Of a stretch of DNA of 64,000 bases, positions 10,567-20,469 are shown piece by piece (the stretch's first letter is position 1; each line of letters begins with the position of its first letter). Made by a program: the position numbers and the translations under genes. The notes below the pieces were generated by a model. The model was not told the DNA's origin. It did not search any database and saw nothing but the letters and a program-made list of their open reading frames with translations. This DNA comes from an uncultured Thermoleophilia bacterium (GTDB lineage Bacteria; Actinomycetota; Thermoleophilia; UBA2241), in the NCBI GenBank assembly GCA_963790185.1, contig CAWBNR010000010.1, forward strand, positions 91,499-155,498, read 5' to 3'.

Positions 10567-10854
10567 TCAGGATGCGCGGGAGACGAGGCGCAAGTCGGCG
10601 TCGAGCGCCTCGGCGATGCGCTGGAGCGTCCTCGCCGTCGGGCTTGTGGAGCCGCGCTCGATGCGGCTGACGTCACCCTGGTCGATCCCGCAGCGTTCGG
10701 CGAGCTGCTTCTGGGTGAGGCCGTGCTGCTCGCGCAGGTCGATGACTTGCAGCGCGATGTCGTAGGCCTTCTCGAAGACGGCCCGATACTCTGCCGACCG
10801 TGGGTCGCTGCGGGCCTTGCGGCGGGCGAGTATGTCCTTGTAGCTGTTGCTCAT
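10567..10854 (-). CDS. XRE-family HTH antitoxin (HigA-like)
   Basis: The HTH segment HGLTQKQLAERCGIDQGDVSRIERG is present. The gene lies downstream of a Gp49-type toxin gene. Confidence 0.8.
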   Translation of the reverse strand: MSNSYKDILARRKARSDPRSAEYRAVFEKAYDIALQVIDLREQHGLTQKQLAERCGIDQGDVSRIERGSTSPTARTLQRIAEALDADLRLVSRAS

Positions 10855-10930
10855 GCGGGCGTCTCCTCGCCGTCAGTATGGGCAAGACCCCATGTCGCGT
10901 CAACTTCTCTGGTGCAACACGGCGTCGCCT

Positions 10931-11392
10931 TCACGGGTGTCGCCCCGAGCGCCGGCGCCGCTTGAACTGTCTCAGCAGGCGACGGGCTTCGGCGATCTCA
11001 CGCTGCTGTCGTCTGTGCGTCGCGTCGTGACCCTTGTCGTAGCCGCCGAGCAGGAGGACCACCCTGTCCCCGTAGAAGTGAACGAAGACGCGCAGCATGA
11101 CGTTGCCAGGAGGAGCGGTGACGGGTGCGGGGCTGCCGCCGAACATGTGCGCGATCTTGTCCGCGTCATGACGGACACGGAACTCGTGGAGGCCGTGCCC
11201 GAGCGCCTTGAGCCATTCGGTGCGGCCGAGGTCGATACCGCGAACGACAAGAACGCGATCGATCGCGGCAAGGAGTGCCTCCAGCTTGAAGTCCGAGAGC
11301 TCCTCGACGAACCGCTCGAAAGGGAGAGAGCCGTCATCGGCCACGAACGGCTCGGGGCTCCAGGGGCCGGAGTGCGTGAAGGAGGCAGCCAT
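10931..11392 (-). CDS. Gp49/DUF891-type RelE/HigB-superfamily toxin
   Basis: The segments ...WLKALGHGLHEFRVRH..., MLRVFVHFYGDRVVLLLGGYDKG and ...REIAEARRLL are present. The start at ATG 11392 was chosen over the upstream 11437. Confidence 0.7.
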   Translation of the reverse strand: MAASFTHSGPWSPEPFVADDGSLPFERFVEELSDFKLEALLAAIDRVLVVRGIDLGRTEWLKALGHGLHEFRVRHDADKIAHMFGGSPAPVTAPPGNVMLRVFVHFYGDRVVLLLGGYDKGHDATHRRQQREIAEARRLLRQFKRRRRSGRHP

Positions 11393-11733
11393 GGCGCCAA
11401 CGTACGGCCCCGGTCCCGCGGTGGGACCGGGTGACACTGGTGTCGTGCGGTGGACGTCCCCGCTCAGGGAGGGTGACGAGCGGCCGGCGCGGGTGGCTCT
11501 CTCCCTTGCGCCGGCCGCCCGTCTCGGCGCAGGATGACGCCATGCGGCAGGTCGCCATCCCCATCCGACATCAAGGTCAGCCCGTTCTACCTGCGCCTGA
11601 GACAGAGCCCCGCGTCTAGGACGTGCGGGCCTGTGAGAAGGTCGTCCTCGCGCTACGTCCTACCCTGCCTGTAGACTCGGCCATGCGTCGGCCGTAGGTC
11701 GGCGTCAGGGGCAGCGGACCAGGAGGGGGCCGC

Positions 11734-14700
11734 GTGCGCGAAGCTGTCATCGAGAACCCGGTCATCAACTCGGCGTTCGCCGAGCCGCGTCGCCACTTCA
11801 AGTTCGACGACGACGGCATCACCAACGAGATCGTCGACGCTCGCCGCCCGAGCGCCTACTTCATCCCCGTCGCGCAGCCCAAGAAGAAGGGCAAGCAGCT
11901 CGAGCTCGGCACCGAGTGGACCGATGACCGGCTGCGCGAGAACGACTACATCAACGAGGTGCGCGCAGCCGTCGGCGCACTGGCGCGCACGCGACTACCC
12001 GGGCATCACGCGTACGACCCGCCGCCTGCTCGAGTACTGGCAGCGGCGCGACCGCGACCGGCGGCTCTTCTTCTGTCAGATCGAGGCGGTCGAGACGGCC
12101 ATCTTCCTCACGGAGTACGCGCCGAAGCTCGGCACAGCCTCACCTGCTCAACCGCCTGAAGGAAGCGAACGAGGCGGCCAACCCGGGCCTCGACCGCATC
12201 GCCGTCAAGATGGCGACCGGCAGCGGCAAGACCGTCGTCATGGCGATGCTCATCGCCTGGCACGCGCTCAACAAGGTCGAAGACCCGCAGGACGCCCGCT
12301 TCAGCGACTCGTTCCTCATCGTGGCGCCGGGCATCACCATCCGCGACCGCCTGCGCGTGCTGCTGCCCGAACGACCCCGACAACTACTACCGCAAGCTCG
12401 ACGTCGTGCCGCTCGAGCTCATGGAGCGCCTCAACCGCGCCAAGGTCGTCATCACCAACTTCCACGCCTTCCTGCTCCGCGAGAAGGTCTCGGCCGGCAA
12501 GCTGACCAAGACGTCTGCTGGCCGGCCGCGACTCGGCCGCGCAGAGCCCCTTCACCGAGACGCCCGACCAGATGGTGCGCCGCGTCTGCCGCGAGTTCGG
12601 CAGCAAGCGCAACATCGTCGTGATCAACGACGAGGCACACCACTGCTACCGGGGCAAGCCCGCGGAGGCCGACGGACGAGGGCGACGGCGCCGCGCTCAA
12701 GGGCGAGGACAGGCAGGGAAGCCGCAGAAGCGCGACGAAGAGGCCCGCGTCTGGATCAGCGGCCTCGAGGCTGTCAAGAAGAAGATCGGCATCCGCGCCA
12801 TCTACGACCTCTCGGCGACGCCGTTCTTCCTGCGCGGCTCGGGCTACGCGGAGGGCACGCTCTTCCCGTGGGTGGTGAGCGACTTCTCGCTCGTCGACGC
12901 GATCGAGTGCGGCATCGTCAAGGTGCCGCGCGTGCCGGTGGCCGACGACGCCATGACCGTCGCAGATCCCGAAGTACCGCCACCTCTGGCCGCACGTCAA
13001 GGACAGCCTGCCGAAGAAGGGGCGCAAGACCGACGACGTCAGCCGGCGGCATGCCCGAGCTGCCCAAGGAGCTGCGAGGCGGCGCTGCACTCGCTCTACG
13101 GCAACTACGAGAAGTACTACGAGGCGTGGGAACGCGCCGCCGACGAGCGCGGCGAGGGCAGCCGGCTCACGCCGCCGGTCTTCATCGTCGTCTGCAACAA
13201 CACCAACGTCTCGAAGCTCGTCTTCGACTGGATCGCCGGCTGGGAGCAGACGATCAGTGAGGGCGACGAGGCCAAGACGCATCCGTCGCCCCCGGCAACC
13301 TGCAGCTGCTTCAGCAACGTCGAGCACCGGGCGAGTGGACCGACCGCCCCAACACCATCCTCATCGACTCGTCGCAGCTCGAGTCGGGCGAGGCGATGAG
13401 CCCCGACTTCAAGAAGATCGCGGCGCGCGAGATCGAGGAGTTCAAGGCCGAGTACCGCGAGCGCTTCCCCGAGCGCGACCCGGAGGCGATCACCGACGAG
13501 GACCTGCTGCGCGAGGTCATGAACACGGTCGGCAAGCCGGGGCGCCTGGGCGAGCAGATCAAGTGCGTGGTCTCGCGTCTCGATGCTCACCGAGGGCTGG
13601 GACGCGAACACCGTGACGCACGTTCTGGGCGTCCGCGCCTTCTCGACGCAGCTGCTCTGCGAGCAGGTCGTCGGGCGCGCGCTGCGGCGCACCACCTACG
13701 TGACCGACGAGAACGACATGTTCCCGGCCGAGTACGCCGAGGTCTACGGGGTGCCGTTCTCGTTCATCCCGGTCGGGCCGGCGATCAGCACGCCGGTGCT
13801 TGCCCAAGAAGGCGACGCGCGTGCGCGCGCTCGACGGAGCGCGTCGCGCGCGAGATCACCTTCCCGCGCCTCACCGGCTACCGCTACGAGCTGGCCGGCG
13901 AGCGGCTCGACGCGTCGAGTTCGACGACGGCTCCGGCATGGCGCTCTCGACCGCCGACGTGCCGACCAAGGTCGAGAACGCGCCGATCATCGGCGAGGCA
14001 GTCATCCACACGCTCGACGAGCTCAAGGCGCAGCGCCCCCAGGAGGTCGACTTCCTGCTCGCCAAGCTGGTCTACGAGCAGTACTTCTGCGGCGACGACG
14101 GGCGACGCGCAAGCCGTGGCTCTTCCCGCAGATCCTCGCGGCGTCGCAGCGGCTGGCTGCAGCGAGTGCCTGACCTGCAAGGACGACTGCTTCCCGCAGA
14201 TGCTGCTGCTCGTCGAGTACGCGCACAACGCCGCCGACAAGATCTACCGCGCCATCGTCGACGGCGACGCCCGGGCGAGAAGCTGCTGCATGCCGATCCT
14301 GCAGCCCTACGACACGGTGGGCTCGACCAGCTACGTCGACTTCGACACCACGCGCCCGGTCATGGGTGACCGACCCCGACAAGTGCCACATCTCGCACGT
14401 GGTCTGCGACACCGACTCGTGGGAGCAGAAGATGGCGCAGGTGCTCGAGGACATGGACGAGGTCGAGAGCTACGTGAAGAACCACAACCTCGGCTTCTTC
14501 ATCCCGTACACCTTCGACGGCGAGGCGCACAACTACATCCCCGACTTCATCGTGCGGCTGCGCGTCGACGGCGCCGACGGCAGCGAGCCGCTCAACCTCA
14601 TCATCGAGGTCTCGGGCGAGGCCAAGACGGAGAAGGCCGCCAAGGTGCGAGACGGCGCGCACCCTCTGGGTGCCGGCCGTCAACAACCACGGCGGCTTCG

Positions 14701-14789
14701 GCCGCTGGGGCTTCATCGAGATCAGCGACCCGTGGGACGCGAAGAACACGATCCGGGCCGCCCTCGCGGCTGGCGGGGTGCTTGCATGA
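11734..14789 (+). pseudogene. res: Type III restriction enzyme Res subunit (DEAH helicase plus C-terminal PD-(D/E)xK), broken as sequenced by more than 20 single-base frame shifts
   Basis: Chaining the frames gives MREAVIENPVINSAF..., RLFFCQIEAVETAIFLTE, KMATGSGKTVVMA (motif I) and VVINDEAHHCY (DEAH). It continues with [29 protein letters not shown], and YIPDFIVRL...[10 protein letters not shown]. Confidence 0.85.
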
Positions 14790-15536
14790 CTGGCAACCGC
14801 GGCATCGGCTGGGCCGAGGAGAGCTGGAACCCCACTACCGGCTGCACCAAGGTGAGCCCTGGCTGTGCGCACTGCTGGGCCGAGCGCATGGCGTGGCGGC
14901 TGCGGGGGATGGGTCAGGAGCGGTACGTCGCGCGGCTTCCAGGTCACCACGCACGAGGATCTGCTCGAGAAGCCGTTGCACTGGGTGAAGCCGCGGCTGG
15001 TCTACGTGAGCTTCATGGGTGACCTCTTCCACGACGAGGTGCCGGACGAGTTCATCGAGCGCGTGTTCGACGCGATGGAGCGCTCGCCGCGGCACCGCTT
15101 CCACCTGCTCACCAAGCGCCCGGAGCGGCTCGCAGGCTTGAGCCGGCGTCTGCCCTGGCCCGCCAACGTCTGGTCGGGCGCGACGGTGGAGGACGCTGCG
15201 CACCTCGGCCGCGCCGACCAGCTACGCCAGACCGGCGCGGCCGTGAAGTACCTCGTGCTCGAACCCCTCCTCGGCCACGTCGACGACCTCGATCTCACCG
15301 GCATCGACTGGATGATCGTCGGCGGCGAGTCCGGGCCCGGCGCGCGGCCGATGCACGCCGACTGGGTCAGGTCGGTCCGCGACCAGTGCGTCGCGGCCGG
15401 CGTGCCGTTCTACTTCAAGCAGTGGGGTGGCGTGCGCCGCAAGGAGACCGGGCGCGAGCTCGACGGACGGTTGTGGAGTGAGAAGCCGCAGGGCCCCGGC
15501 CAGCTCGGCTTCGGGGGAATGGAGGCGGTCGTCTGA
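14786..15536 (+). pseudogene. DUF5131 (phage Gp37/Gp68 family) protein with one +1 shift near 14930-14945
   Basis: The motif [30 protein letters not shown] is followed by [36 protein letters not shown] and FYFKQWGG. The ATGA overlap with the res stop is at 14786-14789. Confidence 0.8.
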
Positions 15537-18236
15537 TGCCGAGAGCCAGGAAACCCACCGGCCCCAAGCCCGTCGACTCCCTGCCGGCACCAGGACAAGC
15601 GCACCAACATCCCGACCAACGAGCTGCGCGGCTTCGTCGAGGGTGACGAAGCCGCGCCCGGCGCCATGCTCTACCCCCGCGACCCGTCGCTCGACCCGCA
15701 GCTCGTCTGGAAGGGCAAGGACGAGCAGGACGCCCGCGACCTCGAGGTGCCGGTCGTCCCCATCTACATCCAGGAGAAGATCCTGCCGCAGGTGATCATC
15801 GAGAACCTGCGCGACACGGCGCGCAAGGGCGAGCCCGAGCCCGAGATGACGCTCTTCAACGACTACGACGGCATCGAGTTCCAGGAGCTCGTCGAGTTCT
15901 ACCGCCACGAGCAGAACTGGGCCAACCGCATGATCCTCGGCGACTCGCTGCTGGTGATGACCTCGCTGGCCGAGAAGGAGGGCCTCAAGGGCAAGGTCCA
16001 GATGATCTACATGGACCCGCCCTACGGCATCAAGTTCGGCAGCAACTGGCAGGTGAGCACGCGCAAGCGCGACGTGAAGGACGGCAAGGCCGAGGACGCG
16101 ACCCGCCAGCCCGAGCAGATCAAGGCCTTCCGCGACACCTGGGAGCTCGGCATCCACTCGTACCTCGCGTACCTGCGCGACCGCCTGACGGTCGCGCGCG
16201 AGCTCCTCACCGAGAGCGGCAGCATCTTCGTGCAGATCGGCGACGAGAACGTGCACCTCGTGCGGTGCGTGATGGACGAGGTGTTCGGGAGCGAGAACTT
16301 CGTGATCGCAGATCGACTTCAGCAAGACGACCGGGGCAGCAGCCGCGATGCTACGCCGGCACGTCTGCGACTACCTTCTGTGGTACGCGAAGAGATCGAG
16401 AGTCGGCGAAGTACCGCCAGCTCTATCGTCGAGAAGGCCGTTCGGCGGTGAGGGCGGCGGCAAGTACGACGCGGCTGGAGCTGCCGGATGGTACACGACG
16501 ACGCTTGACGTCGCGGGAGCGGACGGATCCGAGCCTGCTGCCCGCCGGCGCTCGGGTCTTCCGACTCGACGACCTCACGTCAGCCAGAGCGTCGCGCGGG
16601 CAGGGACGCACGGCATCGTTCCCGGTCGACGTTGACGGACGGGAGTATCGTCGCCCGTCGAAGCGGCGGCTGGAAGACCAACGAGGAGGGCATGAGCACG
16701 CTCCTCGCGTGCCGGTCGAGCTTCAGGCGTACGGCGAACACCCTCGCGCTACGTGCGCTTCATCGACGACTTCCCGGCGTTTCCGCTGACCAACATCTGG
16801 ACGGACACTGGCAGCGTCCGGCTTCGCGCGACCCGAAGGTCTACGTCGTTCAGACCGCGACGCACGGTCATCGAGCGGTGCATGCTGATGACGACTGACC
16901 CGGGCGACCTGGTGCTCGATCCGACGTGCGGCAGCGGCACGACTGCCGTATGCGGCTGAGCAGTGGGGTCGCCGCTGGATCACGGTCGACACCAGTCGCG
17001 TGGCGCTCGCCCTCGCTCGCACGCGCCTCATGGGCGCGCGCTTCCCGTACTACCTGCTGGCGGACTCGCCCGAGGGCGCGAAGCGCGAGGCCGAGCTGAC
17101 CGGCGTCCCGCCGGCGACCTCGGCCTACTCGGGCGACGTCCGCAAGGGCTTCGTCTACAAGCGCGTCCCGCACATCACGCTGAAGTCGATCGCCAACAAC
17201 CCCGACATCCGCGAGGGCATGTCGCGCGAGGAGATCGACGCCGCCATCCGCCGCCACGCCGACACCGAGCTGCTCTACGACCAGCCCTACGAGGACCGCT
17301 CGCGCATCCGCGTGACCGGGCCGTTCACGGTCGAGAGCCTCTCGCCGCATCGGATGCTGGCGGGCGCGCGACGGCGAGCGAGCGCGGACGGGCCGGCCGG
17401 CGAAGCCCCGCCGGCCCGCGACGCCGCCGACTTCGTCACCATCATCCTCGACAACCTGCGCAAGGCCGGCGTCCAGAACACCTTCAAGGGCGAGCGCCTC
17501 GTCTTCGAGCGCATCGAGCCCTACGCCGGCACCTACGTCCAGGCCGTCGGCGAGTACACCGACGCCGCCGGCAAGACCCTCCGCGCCGCCATCTCCATCG
17601 GCCCCGAGTACGGCACCGTCGACGCCGACCTGGGTCAAGGAGGCCGCCAAGGAGGCGCGCAAGGGCGAGGGCTTCCCGATGCTCGTCGTCTGCGCCTTCG
17701 CCTTCGGTCCCTACGTGAACGAAGAGACCAAGCAGTGGCCCAACCTCACCATCCTCATCACGCGCATGAACCCCGACCTCGCCATGGACACCGCCGACCA
17801 GAAGCTCCTCAAGAGCACCGGCGCCGGCAACCTCTTCATGGTCTTCGGCGAGCCCGACCTCGAGCTGCGCACCCTCCCCGACGGCAAGCTGCAGGTGGAG
17901 CTCCACGGCCTCGACGTCTACGACCCCACCACCGGCGAGATCCGCAGCGACACCACCGACGAGATCGCCTGCTGGTTCATCGACACCGACTACAACGAGG
18001 AGAGCTTCTTCGTGCGCCACGCCTACTTCACCGGCGCCGACGAGCCCTACAAGAAGCTCCAGCGCGCCCTCAAGGCCGAGATCGACGAGGACGCCTGGTC
18101 GACCCTCTACAGCACCGTGAGCCGCCCGTTCGACCCGCCGTCGACCGGCAAGATCGCGGTGAAGGTGATCAACCACTACGGGGACGAGGTGCTGAAGGTG
18201 TACGAGTCTCAGTCGGCGGAAGCAGGATCGCGTTGA
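15536..18236 (+). pseudogene. mod: Type III Mod DNA methyltransferase (beta-class N6A/N4C), with about 14 +1 shifts as sequenced, mostly within 16300-16960
   Basis: MIYMDPPYGIKF (motif IV) lies upstream of LVLDPTCGSGTTAV (motif I). TGATG couples the start to the DUF5131 stop at 15534-15538. The long C-terminal region ends ...KVINHYGDEVLKVYE. Confidence 0.85.
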
Positions 18237-18318
18237 CCCACCACATTGTCGCGCCCTCAGCGGCCCGGGAGCATGAAGGGATTGCCCGGGTGCGCCGGCC
18301 TCGGAGCATCGTGTAGCC

Positions 18319-18807
18319 ATGGATAGTGACCGCTTGGGCGAACTACGGGACTACGCATGGAACTACTTCTCACTCCACACCGACCAGCGGCTCAGGACCT
18401 TTCATTTCTACGTGTTGCTGTCGACTGTGATCGTGGGCGCGCTACTCACCGTCGCCAAGGGGTCGCACGACGCGATTGTGAGCTGCCCGCTGGCCTTCGG
18501 ACTAGCGTTCGTGTCGTTCGTGTTCTGGAAGCTCGACTTGCGAAACAAAGAACTGGTTCGTTACGGCGAGGAGGCCCTGAAGTCGCTCGAGGCAGATTCG
18601 GGGGAGGAGTGCGCGAACGAGGCTGCCAGCCCGATCGCAATCTTCTCACGAGAGGAATCGGTGACGGCGATGCGTCGCCGTGGCTTTCGAGCCTTCGTAG
18701 CGCGGCCCCTCAGCTACTCGGCATGCTTCAATCTCGTCTTTGCCGCTTTCGGGATGTCTGGATTGGTCGCGGGGGTGGCCCTGCTGATCTCGGGCTTGGC
18801 AGGCTGA
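18319..18807 (+). CDS. Hypothetical 3-TM membrane protein
   Basis: The 162-aa ORF has hydrophobic helices at about aa 29-50, 55-78 and 135-160. It lies 82 nt downstream of mod on the same strand. Confidence 0.6.
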   Translation: MDSDRLGELRDYAWNYFSLHTDQRLRTFHFYVLLSTVIVGALLTVAKGSHDAIVSCPLAFGLAFVSFVFWKLDLRNKELVRYGEEALKSLEADSGEECANEAASPIAIFSREESVTAMRRRGFRAFVARPLSYSACFNLVFAAFGMSGLVAGVALLISGLAG

Positions 18808-18981
18808 GGAAGAGAGCCGGTGGCCTTTGCACTCGACCACTATTCTGGTCTCGGTCACCACCTCTGCCGAGACAGCGCGGCCGTCCACCGCGTCTCGTGG
18901 TCCGCGCCGGCTGCGTTGGTACCCCGGGCAGGCCGAGAGGTAACGAGGTCTGTCCTGGCGACCGCGCGCCGCGAAGGGTCC

Positions 18982-18987
18982 TAGAAT
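18982..18987 (+). promoter_or_regulatory. -10 box TAGAAT 9 nt upstream of ATG 18997, giving a leaderless or near-leaderless transcript
   Basis: Read directly. There is no Shine-Dalgarno sequence between the box and the ATG. Confidence 0.4.
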
Positions 18988-18996
18988 AGTCGGGCC

Positions 18997-20469
18997 ATGG
19001 ACTTCCTTCTTGATACAAACGTGCTGATTCCCGCCGAGCCAACCTCGCCGGGCGACGTGGAGATGGGCACGCCCGTTATCGTCGAACTCCTGCGGCTGGT
19101 GCGCACCGCAGGTGGACGCCTTCTCGTGCACCCGGACGCGTACACCGAAATCGGGCGTGACCACGACGAAGTCAGGCGATCCCTGCGCCTCGCCTTGGCC
19201 GGGAAGTACCCTCGTCTCGACTCCCCTCCAGGTCTTTCGGAGGACCTCGCGCGAATAATCGGCGAGCCGGATCCCGAGTCTCATGACGCGGTGGACGCCA
19301 GGCTTCTCGAGGCGATTCGATCCGGGCGCGCCGACATTCTCGTCACCGACGACGCAGGGCTGCATCGAAGGGCGCGGTCGGCCGACCTCGGCGATCGAGT
19401 CCTTACCTTGTCCGATGCTCTACTGCTTGCCCGCCAGCTTCATGAGCCCACGCCGGTCGCCCCACCGGCGGCTCGGGCCGTGTCGGCGGCACAGCTGAGC
19501 TGTGCGGACCCGATATTCGAGGACCTGCGCGCCGAGTACTCGGGCTTTGACGATTGGCTGGCCAAGGCGGCTCGGCTTCATCGGCACGCGTGGGTCGTCG
19601 AGCGCGACGGCAACAGGTACGCAGCGGTGGCCATCGTGAACGAGGAGACTCCTCTCGAACACGGGCTGCCGGGCAAGCTCCTCAAAGTGTGCACCTTCAA
19701 GGTTTCGGACGACCACCAGGGCAACCGCTATGGCGAGCTATTGCTGAAAGCGATCCTCGATTATGCCGCCGCTCACGGTTACGAAACGCTCTTCGTGGAG
19801 GCGAAATCAGACAAGCTGTTTCTTTTCGAGTTCCTCGAGCAGTTCGGCTTCCGTCGGCTTGACGTTCTGAAGGATGGGACCGATCCGGTGCACGCGAAAT
19901 CGTTGCGGCCTCCCGTAGGAGGAGCGGTGGATCTGTCGCCTTTGCAGTTCCACATCGCGTTCGGACCGCCAGCGCTACGATGGGAGGGCGTACCCGCGTT
20001 CATCGTGCCTATCAGGCCGGAGTATCACGAGCGGCTCTTCCCTGAGGCCGAGCCGCAGCTCTCCCTACTGAACGACACCGAGGCACACGGCAACGGGATT
20101 CGCAAGGCGTACCTGTGTCGCGCCAACACGCGACGGATCGAGCCGGGCAACCTTCTGTACTTCTATCGATCCGCCAGCTCCACGCTCACAGTGGTGGGGG
20201 TGGCCGAGGACGTGAACGTGCTATCCGACCCTGCTGGTATCGTGAGGGCGGCAGGAAAGCGTACGCTTTACACGTATCAGCAGATTGAGGAGATGGTCGT
20301 TGGGGAGCGCGAAGTCCTCGTGATTGGTCTTCGACAGGCGCGTGTGCTGAGGCCGCCGGTCGAATACGCCGAGCTCTTTGGGGGAGGCGTCCTCAGAGGA
20401 CGACCGCGAAGCGTGATGTCGATCGGCGAGGAGGCGGCACGATGGCTTGCGCAGAGAGTCGGGTTGTAG
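18997..20469 (+). CDS. PIN-domain / GNAT acetyltransferase / ASCH-like (PUA-fold) triple-domain protein
   Basis: The PIN domain shows MDFLLDTNVLIP... and ILVTDDAGLHRRA. The GNAT domain shows KVSDDHQGNRYGELLLKAILDYAAAHGYETLFVEA...FGFRRL. The C-terminal part (FIVPIRPEYHERLF...LLYFYRS...VVGVAEDV...RPRSVMSI) parallels the next gene. Confidence 0.7.
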   Translation: MDFLLDTNVLIPAEPTSPGDVEMGTPVIVELLRLVRTAGGRLLVHPDAYTEIGRDHDEVRRSLRLALAGKYPRLDSPPGLSEDLARIIGEPDPESHDAVDARLLEAIRSGRADILVTDDAGLHRRARSADLGDRVLTLSDALLLARQLHEPTPVAPPAARAVSAAQLSCADPIFEDLRAEYSGFDDWLAKAARLHRHAWVVERDGNRYAAVAIVNEETPLEHGLPGKLLKVCTFKVSDDHQGNRYGELLLKAILDYAAAHGYETLFVEAKSDKLFLFEFLEQFGFRRLDVLKDGTDPVHAKSLRPPVGGAVDLSPLQFHIAFGPPALRWEGVPAFIVPIRPEYHERLFPEAEPQLSLLNDTEAHGNGIRKAYLCRANTRRIEPGNLLYFYRSASSTLTVVGVAEDVNVLSDPAGIVRAAGKRTLYTYQQIEEMVVGEREVLVIGLRQARVLRPPVEYAELFGGGVLRGRPRSVMSIGEEAARWLAQRVGL

